Assembly: GCA_031409275.1 (NCBI GenBank)
Contig: JANNXA010000009.1
Location: 32,001-96,000 of the forward strand
DNA: 64,000 nucleotides
Source: Planctomycetota bacterium
GTDB lineage: Bacteria > Planctomycetota > B15-G4 > SIAN01
Direction of reading: 5' to 3'
Below the pieces are notes generated by a model, which did no database searches, was not told the DNA's origin, and worked only from the letters and a program-made list of their open reading frames with translations. This document shows positions 36,199 to 46,531 of the stretch, one piece after another. A program made the position numbers and the translations under genes. Every line of letters begins with the position of its first letter. Position 1 is the first letter of the stretch.

Positions 36199-36246
36199 GT
36201 GCTAGACATGGTGGTGTCGCGGTCGCCGAACCACAACCGCTTGGTG
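36199..36246. promoter_or_regulatory. Tandem NrdR boxes
   Basis: gtgCTAGACATGGtgg (36199-36214) and ccaCAACCGCTTGgtg (36231-36246) resemble acaCwAtATaTwGtgt. They are 32 bp apart, upstream of nrdJ. Confidence 0.75.
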
Positions 36247-36376
36247 CACGGGCGGAATTTGTATCCCGAACTGAAAGGGCTGTCTAGGGGGGTCAAAAAA
36301 GGCGCGATGAAGACGCCACAACCCGTTTTTGGCAAAGGACTTTCGACGCCAGGGTCGGAGCTTCAACGCGCGCCCT

Positions 36377-36712
36377 TCAGTCGACGGTTGGGCTCTCTTC
36401 CGACTTTTGGTGCGACAACAGCACGAGATTTCGGGCGTAGACGACTAGTCCTGGCAGCTGCCCCATGATCACGAGCGGCTCGGTTTTGCCGAAGCCGTAG
36501 ATCAGCGTGAGCACCGAGCCCCAGAGGCTCATGTGCCAGAAGACTTTCGGCACCACGCTCTTCTTGCGCTTTTCCGACACCCACCACTGCACGACCATGC
36601 GGCCGGCAAAGACGAGCTGTCCGACCACGCCGATGATGCCGATCGGGTCGAGGAGCTTCTCCCAGAGCTTGTGGAAGTACTGGGCGGCGTCGACTTCAAG
36701 CAAGAGCACCAT
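36377..36712 (-). CDS. Lipid-A-disaccharide synthase N-terminal (LAB_N) domain protein
   Basis: G..GQLVFAGR..VQW..SEK.KKSVVP..FW.MSL.GS...GQ..G..VYARNL. Confidence 0.9.
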   Translation of the reverse strand: MVLLLEVDAAQYFHKLWEKLLDPIGIIGVVGQLVFAGRMVVQWWVSEKRKKSVVPKVFWHMSLWGSVLTLIYGFGKTEPLVIMGQLPGLVVYARNLVLLSHQKSEESPTVD

Positions 36713-36785
36713 CGATCTCCACGGCGACGCGCCAGGGCTGCCGAAACGGCGCGCCGCCCGACACGCTACTCGTCCCCTTGCTCCG

Positions 36786-38027
36786 TCACCCCTTCACGCA
36801 CACGACCTGCTTCAGCGTGTGCACGATTTCGACGAGGTCCGACTGCGCGCGCATCACGGCGTCGATGTCCTTGTAGGCCATCGGGGTCTCATCGATGACG
36901 TCAGCGTCCTTGCGGCACTCGACGTCGCGGGTCGCCGCGGCATGGTCGGCCACGGTGAAACGGCGCCGCGCCTCGGTGCGCGACATGCGCCGGCCGGCAC
37001 CGTGGCTGCAGCTCTCGAAACTCGCGGGATCTCCCCTGCCGCGCACGATGAAGCTGCGCGCTCCCATGCTGCCCGGAATGATCCCAAGCTCGCCGAGGCC
37101 AGCGCGCACCGCTCCCTTGCGCGTGATCAGCAGCTCGACCCCGCGGTGCACTTCGCGCTGCACGTAGTTGTGATGGCAGTTCACCACCAGCAGGTCGGCC
37201 TGGAACGGCGGCAGCCCCTTCACGAGGTGCAACGATCGCAGGATCGCCTGCATCATCAGCTCGCGATTGGTGCGCGCGAACTCCTGCGCCCACGACACCG
37301 CGGCGAAGTAGTCGTCGAAGTCGGGCGTCCCCGCATCGAACCAGGCGAGGTCGCGATCGGGCAGTTCGCCGGCACGCGCCCTCATCGCCTCGCGCGCGCG
37401 CTCGATGAAGTAGGTCCCGATCTTGTTGCCGACCCCGCGCGACCCCGAATGGAGCACGACCCAGATGGCGTCGCCTTCGTCACGGCACACTTCGATGAAG
37501 TGGTTGCCCGTGCCGAGCGTGCCGAGCTGGAGTTCCGCTCGCGAGTGCTTCACGCGCGGATGGCGGGCCAGCAGCGGGGCGAGCGGCGGCGCGAGCGACT
37601 GCCATGCCGCCGCGGCAGCGGGCGGCAGCTCACGCCACGCCCCGCGATCACCCGCCGCGCCGTGGTGGGTGCGACCGTGCGGCACCGACCGCTCGATGGT
37701 GTGGCGGATCGGCTGCAGGTCATCGGGCAGGTCGCGCGCGAGCAGGCTCGTACGCACGGCCATCATCCCGCAGCCGATGTCGACGCCGACCGCCGCCGGC
37801 ACGATCGCCGCGCGAGTGGCGAAGACGCTGCCGACCGTCGCGCCGATTCCCACATGGACGTCCGGCATCGCCGCGATGTGGTCGTACGCGATCGGCAGTC
37901 GCGCGAGATTCGCGAGCTGCGCGAACGCCTCCTCCTCGACCGGCACGTCGCGGACCCAGGCATGGATCGCAACCCCACCGTCGACCTGCCGCACGATCGG
38001 GCCGCCACCGTGATTCGATCCCGTCAT
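36786..38027 (-). CDS. rtcB: RtcB family RNA ligase
   Basis: MPDVH.G.GATVG, GVDIGCG, GTLGTGNHFIE, HSGSRG, HHNY, SCSHGAGR, DETPMAYKDI and terminal KG. Confidence 0.95.
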   Translation of the reverse strand: MTGSNHGGGPIVRQVDGGVAIHAWVRDVPVEEEAFAQLANLARLPIAYDHIAAMPDVHVGIGATVGSVFATRAAIVPAAVGVDIGCGMMAVRTSLLARDLPDDLQPIRHTIERSVPHGRTHHGAAGDRGAWRELPPAAAAAWQSLAPPLAPLLARHPRVKHSRAELQLGTLGTGNHFIEVCRDEGDAIWVVLHSGSRGVGNKIGTYFIERAREAMRARAGELPDRDLAWFDAGTPDFDDYFAAVSWAQEFARTNRELMMQAILRSLHLVKGLPPFQADLLVVNCHHNYVQREVHRGVELLITRKGAVRAGLGELGIIPGSMGARSFIVRGRGDPASFESCSHGAGRRMSRTEARRRFTVADHAAATRDVECRKDADVIDETPMAYKDIDAVMRAQSDLVEIVHTLKQVVCVKG

Positions 38028-38971
38028 CGCCGACCTCCGGGCCGCGTCTTCCAGCGCGGATGGATCCAGTTCCACTGCTCCGGGTGAGCACGCACGAACG
38101 CCTCGAGCTGACCGTTCAACACGCGCAGGAGGCGCGCCTCTTCGAGGTCCGGATCGGCCGTGAGGTCGGGGACGATCGGCTCCGCGAACGCGGCGTGGTA
38201 ATCGAGCGCCTTGCCGCTGCTCCACGACGCGACGCAGAGGATCGGCTTGCCGGTGCGCAGCGCCAGCACGGCCGGCGTGCGGACGGTCGCCGCCGGAACA
38301 CCGAAGAAATCGACGAAGGCCGGGCTCTCCTTCTGATTGAGGTCGGACAAGAGCGCCACGCTCTGGCCGCGCCGAAGGCAGCGGAACAGCGCGACCACGG
38401 CGTTGTCGCGCTCGATGAGCCCCATGCCGAGCCGGCTGCGCAACGTGACCAGTCGCTCGTTCAGCTCGGGGTTGCGCAGCGGCTTCATCACCGCGTGCAG
38501 CGGCGTCACCTGTTCCGTGACGACGCCACCCAGAAGCTCCCAGTGACCTTGATGGAGCGTCACGAAGATCGCGCTGCCGTGCTTCGCAATCATCGCCTTC
38601 GCCTGCGCCACGCCCTCCAGCGCGACGAAGCGCGTCAGCGGCCGCAGCCGCGGCTGCGCCAGCAACAGCAGGTACTCGACGAAGAAGCGGCCGAGGTGGC
38701 GATAGACGCCCGCCACGATGCGTCGCCGCGTCGCCGCATCGAGCGTCGTGCCGTACGCGAGCTCCAGGTTGGCCAGCGCCACCGCGCGACGCCGCCGATC
38801 GACGACGCCAAGCAGCGCACCGAGCCGCTCGCCGCAGCGGACGCCCAGCCGTACCGGTACGAAGCGCGCTGCGGCCGCGATCGCCAGCACGAGCCGCGCC
38901 TCGACCCGATCGCGCCAACGCTTCCAGCGCGTCCGCTCCTTCGTCGCCTTCGCCGCCTTCGTTCCCGTCAT
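38024..38971 (-). CDS. Lipid A biosynthesis lauroyl-type acyltransferase (LpxL/HtrB family)
   Basis: ANLELAY, HQGHWE (Hx4E), LLSD..FVDFFG and PEQWNWIHPRWKTRP. Confidence 0.9.
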   Translation of the reverse strand: MTGTKAAKATKERTRWKRWRDRVEARLVLAIAAAARFVPVRLGVRCGERLGALLGVVDRRRRAVALANLELAYGTTLDAATRRRIVAGVYRHLGRFFVEYLLLLAQPRLRPLTRFVALEGVAQAKAMIAKHGSAIFVTLHQGHWELLGGVVTEQVTPLHAVMKPLRNPELNERLVTLRSRLGMGLIERDNAVVALFRCLRRGQSVALLSDLNQKESPAFVDFFGVPAATVRTPAVLALRTGKPILCVASWSSGKALDYHAAFAEPIVPDLTADPDLEEARLLRVLNGQLEAFVRAHPEQWNWIHPRWKTRPGGRR

Positions 38972-38981
38972 CGTCGCGGCC

Positions 38982-40661
38982 TCACGGACGAACCGCCCGC
39001 AGAGCGACGATCGGGCTGCCTTGCAGCCAACCGCGCGCGACTTCTTGCGTCGTCCCGACCAGGCCGAGCTCGGCGAGGTCGCGCATCCAGACGATGGCGA
39101 TCAGCTCCGCATCCTCGCGCAGCAGCGCCAGCGGCTTGCGATGGTCGTACTCCTCGATCCGCGGCAGGCGCGTCGACAATCGCAGCGCGCTGCGCAGCCC
39201 GGTGGGTGCGACTAGCCGTTTCGCCGCCAGCACCGCCGGCGACTCGCTCAGATCACGCGCCGCCATGAAGCGATCGGCTCGCCGCGCAACGATCGGCAGG
39301 AGCAGGAACGCGGCAGCGCCGACCATCGTCCGCTTTGGAAACGCCGCCGGCGTGTCGGCGCTGCGCCGCGATGCCGCGCTCAGAAGCAGCGCGCCCGCCA
39401 ACGCCACCGCAACCTGCAGCCAGCGATCGCCTCGCATCGCGTCGGCGACGGTCGGATCGAGCGACGAACCCAACGGCACGCGCAACGCGAGCACCGCCGC
39501 CGCGACGACCAGGAGCACGCCGAACACACCGCCCAACGCCTTCATCGAGCGGCGCGCCCAGGGCCGCGCATCGCCGCCCAACCGCTCGCCGGCCAGCAGC
39601 GCGAGCGCCGGCAGGGCGGGCAAGACGTAGTGAGGCTGCTGCGTCGGCAGACACGCGATCAGCACGCTCGGCACCACTCCCAGACCAAGCAGCGCCGCCA
39701 CGCGCGGCGGGGGTCGCCACGCGCCGCGGCGCAACCTCGGCATCGCGCCGAGCGCCAGCACGCTCCACGGCAATCCTCCGACCAGGATCACCAGCAGCGC
39801 GAAACCAGGGAAGCGGCGGTGCTTCCTCTCGGTCCCGGCAATGCGCCGTTCGAGCTGACCGAAGATGAGGTCGTGCACATAGTTGTCGCCCGCGATCGCT
39901 CGCGCCTTCGCGACCCAACTCAGCGCGAGCGCGACCGCGACACCGAGCACCAGCAGGTCGAGCCACGCGAAGGCGCCCGGTGCCGGCGACGCCTTGGGCG
40001 CCGCGTCCGTGCGCGCTGCGAAGCACGCTCCGACTCGCCACCCGATCGCAAAGAGCAGCACCACCGGCCCCTTGGTCAGCAACCCGGCCGCCAGCAGCAC
40101 CCCTTCGAGCAGCGCCCATGCGACGCGCGCCAGGAGACGCTCGCGCGGCAGCGTCGAGCGCTGCAAGGCGCATGCGACCGCACCGGTCATTTCCACGGTC
40201 AGCAGCGGATCGATGTAACCGAGCTGCGCGTAAGCGACGACCAACGGGGCGGTGGCCAGCACGTACGCGCCGCGCCGAACCGTGCTCGCCGAGAGTCCGC
40301 ACGCGCGGCCGATCGAGGGCAGCAGCGCGAGGGTCGCGAGCGTGGCGAGCAACGACACCAGATGCGGTCCGCGTTCGATCGGGACGCCCACGCGCGCAAG
40401 GCCGGCGATGGCCCAGAAGAAGAGGGGCGGCTTCTCGAAGTACCACTTCTGGTGGAGCACCGGCACCCACCACTGCCCGCTCTCGCGCATCGCGAGCGCC
40501 ACGTCGGCGTAGCGCGTCTCGTCGACCGGCCACGCATCGCGCAGCAGCACCATCGGCAGCCACAACGCCACCGCCAGCAGCAACGCACCGCGAACGCTGG
40601 CGAGACCAGCGCATTCCGAAGGATCGACCGCGCAGGCCGCGCTTGCAGGGGAAGACAGCAC
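38982..40661 (-). CDS. ArnT-like glycosyltransferase family 39 protein
   Basis: DETRY...EM-like..SGQWWVP, YFEKPPLFFW, LTKGPV, LPWS and HYVLPALP. Confidence 0.85.
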   Translation of the reverse strand: MLSSPASAACAVDPSECAGLASVRGALLLAVALWLPMVLLRDAWPVDETRYADVALAMRESGQWWVPVLHQKWYFEKPPLFFWAIAGLARVGVPIERGPHLVSLLATLATLALLPSIGRACGLSASTVRRGAYVLATAPLVVAYAQLGYIDPLLTVEMTGAVACALQRSTLPRERLLARVAWALLEGVLLAAGLLTKGPVVLLFAIGWRVGACFAARTDAAPKASPAPGAFAWLDLLVLGVAVALALSWVAKARAIAGDNYVHDLIFGQLERRIAGTERKHRRFPGFALLVILVGGLPWSVLALGAMPRLRRGAWRPPPRVAALLGLGVVPSVLIACLPTQQPHYVLPALPALALLAGERLGGDARPWARRSMKALGGVFGVLLVVAAAVLALRVPLGSSLDPTVADAMRGDRWLQVAVALAGALLLSAASRRSADTPAAFPKRTMVGAAAFLLLPIVARRADRFMAARDLSESPAVLAAKRLVAPTGLRSALRLSTRLPRIEEYDHRKPLALLREDAELIAIVWMRDLAELGLVGTTQEVARGWLQGSPIVALRAVRP

Positions 40662-40670
40662 GGCGCGATC

Positions 40671-43600
40671 CTATTCCTTCGCGGCGGCAAATCGTCCGAA
40701 GCGCAGCGCGAAGGTCGGCAGCAATAGCAGGTTGAGCAGCGTCGAGGTCGCGAGCCCGCCGAGGATCACCACCGCCATCGGCCCCTCGATCTCGCGCCCG
40801 GCGCTGCCGCTGCCGATCGCGATCGGCAACAGTCCGAGACCCGTGACCAGCGCGGTCATCAGGATCGGCAGCAGCCGCTCCGAGGCGGCACGGATCACCG
40901 TCTCGGCCCCGAACGGCGCGCTCTCCTTGACGACGACGTGCTCGATATGGGCCAGCAGCATGATCGAGTTGCGCATCGTGACGCCGAACAGCGTCACGAA
41001 ACCGACCATCGAACCCATCGACAGCGTGCCGCCCGTCCACGCCGCGGCGAGCACCCCGCCCACGAAGGCGAACGGCAGGTTGGCCAGCGCCAGCAGCAGG
41101 TTGCGCGCGTTGCCGAACGCCGCGCCGAGCAGGATCACCACCGCCAGCAGCGCCAGCGCGCCGTGCAGCAGCAACTCGTTGCGCGCCACCTCCTCCTGCT
41201 GCGCCGCGCCGCTGAACGAGAGGTAGCCGCCGATCGGCAGCGCGACGTGCCCTTCGACGCGAGCGCGCGCCTCCTCCACGAACGACGCAACGTCGCGTCC
41301 GCTCACGTTGCAGGTGACGGTCTGGCGCCGACGCCCGCCTTCGCGCAGCAGCAGGTAGCGACCCGTGGTGGCGCGCACGTGCGCGAGCTCGCTCAGCGGC
41401 ACCAGCGCGCCCGAAGGCGAGCGCAGCAGCAGCTCGCCGACGCGCGCCGGATCGTCGCGCAGCGCCGGCGCGAAGGTCGCGACGACATCGAACGAGCGCG
41501 GCCCGTCATGGATCTGCGCCAGCGTGCGCCCCTGGTAGGCGGTCTCCACGACGTCGAGCACGTCGGTCGCGGCGAAGCCCAGCGCCACCAGCCGATCGCG
41601 CCGCAACTCGACTTCCAGCGCGGGCATGCCCGGCAGCGACCCGCGCTGCACGTCGACCGCGCCGGGCACCGCCGCCAGCAGCTCGGCCAGGCGCGCAGCC
41701 GCGGCGTCGAGCGCGTCGAGCTCCTCGCCGAAGATGTTCACGACGACTTGCGCCGTCTCGCCGCTGATCGACTCGCCGATGCGATCGCCGAGGAAGGTGA
41801 GCAGCTCGGTCTGGATGCCGGGGATCGGCGCGAGCACGGCGCGGATCTCGTCGCCGACCTGCGCCTCGACGTCGGGAGCGAGCGGCACCAGCTCGATGTG
41901 GAACTCGCTGCGATGCGGCCCCCACGGATCCTCGCCGAGCTCGGCACGACCGATCTGCTGTTCGACCGTCGCCAGATGCGGGTTGCGCAGCAGCTCTTCG
42001 CTGACGCGCGCGCCGAGCCGTCGCATCTCGTCGATCGACGCGCCCGGCGCCATCGACAGCTGCAGCACGAAGTGGCCTTCACGGAAATCGGGCAGGAACT
42101 CCGACCCGAGCCACGGCACCACCGCCGCCCCGCCGCTCGCCAGCAGCAGCGCGATCAAGAGCGCCGCGAGCGGGTGGCAGACGACTCGTCGCAGCAACGC
42201 GGAGTAGGCGGCACGCAGCCGCTGCGCGAAACGCGGCTCCGCGCGCGCACCATCGCGCCGACCGAGCAGCACCAGTGCGAGCGCCGGCGTCAGCGTCAGC
42301 GCCACGACCAGCGACGCCAGCACCGCGGCGATGTAGGCGATGCCCAGCGGCGCGAAGAAGCGCCCCTGCAACCCCGACAGCATCAGCACCGGCAGGAACA
42401 CGACGACCACCACGAAGGTCGCGTGCACCACCGAGCTGCGCACTTCCAGCGACGCGTCGAGCACGACGCGGAGCGGCGAGCGCCGCGTCGCCGCGAGCGC
42501 GTTCTGGCGCAGTCGACGCACGATGTTCTCGACATCGATGATCGCGTCGTCGACCACCTCGCCGATGGCGATGGCGAGACCTCCAAGCGTCATCGTGTCG
42601 AGCGCCATCCCGAGCCGCGTCAGCACGACCACCGCCGCCAGCAGCGACAGCGGGATCGCCGTCAACGAGACGAACGCCGCCGGCGCATCGGCCAGGAAGA
42701 GGAACAGCACCACCGCCACCAGCAGCGCGCCGATCCACAGCGAGTGGCCGAGGTTGGCCACCGCGGTCTCGATGAAGTTCGCCGGTCGATGGATCCGCCC
42801 GAAGACTTCGATCCCCTGCTCCGCAAAGGCCGGCTTCAACTCGTCGAGCGCGGCCTCGACCGCGTGGGTCACTTCGAGCGTGTTGGCGCCGTACTGCGAC
42901 AGCGCCTTCACCAGCACCGCCGGCTTGCCCTGCACCAGGCAGTCCCCGAACTGCGGACGCGGGCCGTCCACCACGCTCGCCACGTCGCCGACCGTGATCG
43001 GCCGGCCGTCGCGCCACTCGACCAACGTGCGCGCGAGCTCGGCCGGGGTCAGCGCCTGCCCGCGCGTCTCGATCACCACGCGCTGCGCCGGCGTATCGAC
43101 GAAACCGGCGCCGCGAATGCCGGTGGCACGCCGCACCGCCTCGAGCAGCTGCTCGATCGCGATCCCGGCCGCGGCGAGGCGCGCCGGATCGCACTCGACC
43201 TGCAGTTGGCGCACTTCGCCGCCGAAGAGCGTCACGCTCGAGACGCCGGCGACGGCGCGCAGCCGCGGCGCGACCGTCCACTCGGCGAAGGTGCGCAGCT
43301 CCATCGGCGTGAGGTGCGTCGAGACCAGTCCGACTTTCAGCAGGTCCATCGTCGCCGACGTCAGCGGCGTCAGCTTCGGCGCCTCGACACCGGCGGGCAG
43401 CTCGCCCGCCACCGTCGCCAGCTGCTCGGCCAGCACCTGGCGTGCACGGAACGGATCGGTGCCCTCCTCGAAGGTGGCCGTCACCACGCAGAGGCCCTGA
43501 ATCGACTGCGAACGGACGGAATCGAGGTTCCCTGCGCCTTGCAGCGACGCCTCGATCGGCGCCGTGACCAGCATCTCGACCTGCTCGGCGGAAAGGCCGG

Positions 43601-43760
43601 GCGCCTCGCACTGCACCACCACCTGCGGCGGCGCGAAGTCGGGCAGCACGTCGAGCGGCGCGTGCGCCGCGACGTAGACGCCATACGCGATCAGCGCGCA
43701 CGCGACCGCGATCACCGATCCGCGGCGCGCGAGGCAGAAGGCGACCAGCGACTGGAGCAT
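40671..43760 (-). CDS. CusA/CzcA-family RND efflux permease
   Basis: DVLPDF.PP.V..QCEAPGLS.EQVE, GEVVDDAIIDVENI, FLPDFREG and ERLLPILMTAL. Confidence 0.93.
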   Translation of the reverse strand: MLQSLVAFCLARRGSVIAVACALIAYGVYVAAHAPLDVLPDFAPPQVVVQCEAPGLSAEQVEMLVTAPIEASLQGAGNLDSVRSQSIQGLCVVTATFEEGTDPFRARQVLAEQLATVAGELPAGVEAPKLTPLTSATMDLLKVGLVSTHLTPMELRTFAEWTVAPRLRAVAGVSSVTLFGGEVRQLQVECDPARLAAAGIAIEQLLEAVRRATGIRGAGFVDTPAQRVVIETRGQALTPAELARTLVEWRDGRPITVGDVASVVDGPRPQFGDCLVQGKPAVLVKALSQYGANTLEVTHAVEAALDELKPAFAEQGIEVFGRIHRPANFIETAVANLGHSLWIGALLVAVVLFLFLADAPAAFVSLTAIPLSLLAAVVVLTRLGMALDTMTLGGLAIAIGEVVDDAIIDVENIVRRLRQNALAATRRSPLRVVLDASLEVRSSVVHATFVVVVVFLPVLMLSGLQGRFFAPLGIAYIAAVLASLVVALTLTPALALVLLGRRDGARAEPRFAQRLRAAYSALLRRVVCHPLAALLIALLLASGGAAVVPWLGSEFLPDFREGHFVLQLSMAPGASIDEMRRLGARVSEELLRNPHLATVEQQIGRAELGEDPWGPHRSEFHIELVPLAPDVEAQVGDEIRAVLAPIPGIQTELLTFLGDRIGESISGETAQVVVNIFGEELDALDAAAARLAELLAAVPGAVDVQRGSLPGMPALEVELRRDRLVALGFAATDVLDVVETAYQGRTLAQIHDGPRSFDVVATFAPALRDDPARVGELLLRSPSGALVPLSELAHVRATTGRYLLLREGGRRRQTVTCNVSGRDVASFVEEARARVEGHVALPIGGYLSFSGAAQQEEVARNELLLHGALALLAVVILLGAAFGNARNLLLALANLPFAFVGGVLAAAWTGGTLSMGSMVGFVTLFGVTMRNSIMLLAHIEHVVVKESAPFGAETVIRAASERLLPILMTALVTGLGLLPIAIGSGSAGREIEGPMAVVILGGLATSTLLNLLLLPTFALRFGRFAAAKE

Positions 43761-43773
43761 CGGCAGCGCCCGC

Positions 43774-45027
43774 CTATTCCTCGCCGCCGCCGCCGCCCGC
43801 CGCCATCTGCTCTTCCGAGAGCAGCACGCCGGCGCCGACGACCACGACGCGCGCGTCGGCGGCCAGGCCGCTGGCGATCCAGGCGACGCCCGCTTCCGCG
43901 CGTTCGAGCACGACCGCCGTGCGCGTGAAGCGGCCCGGTTCGACCTCGACGTAGAGCCAGTCGCGGCTGCCGAAGCGCACGATCGCCGCGGCTGGGACTT
44001 CCAGCACCGGTTGCGCGGGCCGTGCCGTGACGAGCCGCGCCACCACTCCGTCGCCGGGACGCAGCCGCCGCTGCGGATCCTGGACGCGCAGCCGCAACGC
44101 GCGGCCGACCCCATCTCCTTGCGGCGCCGGCCCGACCCGTCGCGCGGGCAGCCAGGCGTCGCCGCTCGAGCTGGCCTGCAGCGTCGCTTCCTCGCGCAAC
44201 GTCTCCGCCGCGGCGCCCGGTGGCACCACTACTTCGGCGTCCACTTCGCTGAAGTCGATCGTCCGCAGCAGCGGCTGACCGGCCTCGACCTGCTCGCCCG
44301 GTTGCGCCAGCACCGCCACGACTTCCCCCGCGCGCGCCGGCAGCAACGGCCAGGCGGGCAGCGGCGCCGGCGCGCCGTCGAGCAACGAGCGCAGCGTCTC
44401 GATCGCGCGAGCTGCTGCGGCGCGGCGGGCCACATCCGTGGCCACCTGCGCCGACGCCGCTTCGACCACCTGATCGGCGACGCCCTTGTCGTCGGCGTTC
44501 AGTGCGCGCGCCCGCTCGAGTGCCGCTTGATCGGCGCCCAGCGCCGCTTCGACGCTGGCCAGCGTCGACTCCGCTTCCGCGCGGCGCAGCTCGAGGTCGG
44601 CGCGCTCGCTTTGCGTCAGCGGCGCGACCCGCGGTTCGAGGTCGCCAAGCGGCCCATCGGCGCCGACCTCGCTGCCGAGCTCGGGCCAGGCGACCCCGGC
44701 GCGTGCGGCCAGACGACCGGCCAACGGCGCGCGCAACGTGCTCTCGTGCGAGCCATCGACTTCGATGCGACCGAACGCCAGCACGGCCTCTTCGGCCATG
44801 CGCGGCGTGGCGACCGCGACTTCGAGGCCGACCGCGGCGCGCGACTCCGCGGTGAGCACCAGCGATGTCGCGCCCGCGCCATCGCGCTCGACCGTGAACG
44901 GCGCCGGCTCGGTGGAGTGATCGCCGTCGGCCTCCGCATCGTCGTGCGCACAGGAGACCAGCCCAAGCCATGCGAGCGCGAAGGCCGCGGCAATCGGAGC
45001 GCGGTGGCGGCGCGACGACTCAACCAT
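43774..45027 (-). CDS. RND efflux periplasmic adaptor subunit (lipoprotein)
   Basis: Lipobox LVSC, APLAGR, a coiled hairpin, GEQVEAGQPL, LRPG and VP..AIV. Confidence 0.88.
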   Translation of the reverse strand: MVESSRRHRAPIAAAFALAWLGLVSCAHDDAEADGDHSTEPAPFTVERDGAGATSLVLTAESRAAVGLEVAVATPRMAEEAVLAFGRIEVDGSHESTLRAPLAGRLAARAGVAWPELGSEVGADGPLGDLEPRVAPLTQSERADLELRRAEAESTLASVEAALGADQAALERARALNADDKGVADQVVEAASAQVATDVARRAAAARAIETLRSLLDGAPAPLPAWPLLPARAGEVVAVLAQPGEQVEAGQPLLRTIDFSEVDAEVVVPPGAAAETLREEATLQASSSGDAWLPARRVGPAPQGDGVGRALRLRVQDPQRRLRPGDGVVARLVTARPAQPVLEVPAAAIVRFGSRDWLYVEVEPGRFTRTAVVLERAEAGVAWIASGLAADARVVVVGAGVLLSEEQMAAGGGGGEE

Positions 45028-46462
45028 CGGTCGGCTCCAGCTCAGACACGTTCCAGCGCGGATCGAGCGGCCGCTGACGCGCCTCCTCGAACTGCGCAAC
45101 GGCCGCCGCGAAGGCACGATCGGCCGCGAGCTGCTCGCGCGCCAACTCGACGCTCGCGCGCCGCGTCTCGAGTTCCTGCTGGCGATCGGCGGCGCCGGTC
45201 ACCACCTGACGCGCGACCTGCTGCTCGCGCCGCGCCTGCTCGACTTGCAGCTTCGCCAGCAGCGTCCGCTCGGCGTGTGCCGCCGCGAAACTGGCCCGCG
45301 CCGCGTCCATCGCGGCGAGCGCCGACGCCTGCTGCATGCGGAAACGCGCCGCCACGGCATCGCGTTGCGCGACCGCCGCCGCAATCGGACCCTCGTTGCG
45401 ATCGAAGAGCGGCAGCTCCACCCCGACTCCGAGCTGGAAGTGGCGCTCGCCCTGGTCGTACTGCCAACCGGGTCCCAGATGGAGCTCCGGCCATTGCTTC
45501 GCCACTTCGAGCTCGATCTGCCGCTCGGCCGCTTCGTACTCGGCAAGCGTCACGCGCAGGTCGAGGCGATCGGCCGCATCCGCGGTGAAGGTCGCGGCAT
45601 CTGGAGGCGCCGCGGTGTCCGCGAGCGCGAGGCGGTGGCGGGCAAGTTCGGCCGGTGCCACCCCCACGGCCGCGGCCAGACGCGCGGTCGCTTGCTCGAG
45701 CTGCGCCGCGGAACGCGCGATCTCCAGCTCCGCACGCCCCGAGGCGAGCTCCGCCGCGCTGCGCTCTCCGCTGCTCGCCGCACCGGCAGCCACTCGCGTC
45801 GCGACCAGCGCCGCCTGACGAGCGGTCAGATCTTGCTGCTGGCGCGACAGCTCCAACTCTCGTTGCGCGAAGCGTCGCTGCGCCGCCGCATCGCGGACTT
45901 CCGAGTAGATGCGCCAGATCGTGCGCGACCGTTCGAGCAACGCGAGTGCGATCTCCTGATCCGCGATCGCCAACTGCCGCTCGCGACGCTCGCCCTGCCA
46001 GCCAAGGAGATCGAGCGCGACGCCGAACGACCAGCTGATCGGCGCATCGGTGCGCGTGATGTACTCCGGCGTCAACGTCAGGGCCGGGTTTCGCCGCGCC
46101 CCGGTCGCCGTGCGCGCCGCGATCCGACCCGCGATCGCCGCCGCCTCGGCCGCGAGCTCCGGGCGCAGACGCAGCGCGCTCCTCGTCAAGGCGACGACAT
46201 CGAGCGCGTCGCCCTCGGGAAGCTCGCGCGTCGCGGCGAGCTGCTGCTCACGAGCGGGGTCGAGCGGCTGGCGGTCGACCGCGGTGCACGACGTCAGCGC
46301 CGTCGCGGCGAGGGCCAGGACGAAACGACTTCGTCGGCGTCGATGGAGATGGGTGAGGTGCAGCTCCGTCCCCTTTCCAGAATCACGGTCCCGGCGAAGC
46401 GGCGAATGGTAGGTCGACGCGACCGGCCGCGCGAGCCGCCGTCTGACGACGATGTCAGCCAT
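45020..46462 (-). CDS. TolC/CzcC family outer-membrane efflux protein
   Basis: Lipobox LTSC, RNP.L and WPEL.LGPG..ELPLFDRNEGPI. The true start may lie further downstream. Confidence 0.85.
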   Translation of the reverse strand: MADIVVRRRLARPVASTYHSPLRRDRDSGKGTELHLTHLHRRRRSRFVLALAATALTSCTAVDRQPLDPAREQQLAATRELPEGDALDVVALTRSALRLRPELAAEAAAIAGRIAARTATGARRNPALTLTPEYITRTDAPISWSFGVALDLLGWQGERRERQLAIADQEIALALLERSRTIWRIYSEVRDAAAQRRFAQRELELSRQQQDLTARQAALVATRVAAGAASSGERSAAELASGRAELEIARSAAQLEQATARLAAAVGVAPAELARHRLALADTAAPPDAATFTADAADRLDLRVTLAEYEAAERQIELEVAKQWPELHLGPGWQYDQGERHFQLGVGVELPLFDRNEGPIAAAVAQRDAVAARFRMQQASALAAMDAARASFAAAHAERTLLAKLQVEQARREQQVARQVVTGAADRQQELETRRASVELAREQLAADRAFAAAVAQFEEARQRPLDPRWNVSELEPTDG

Positions 46463-46531
46463 TCGTCAGGTGACGTCGATCGCGAGGACGCCCACGATCA
46501 GGCTTGATCGCCATGACCCGGCGCTGCAGCG

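Noticed and set aside
35996..36376. Cobalamin riboswitch upstream of nrdJ
   Set aside because: I found no recognisable B12 box or GGGAA/GCCACTG core. NrdR boxes explain the regulation.
33467..38027. Inteins or introns in nrdJ or rtcB, which are common hosts
   Set aside because: Both proteins have normal length and contiguous motifs, with no C/S...HN splice junctions.
40661..40673. Leaderless -10 boxes at 40668-40673 and 25386-25391
   Set aside because: The TAG in each is the stop codon of the upstream gene, so the match may be coincidental.
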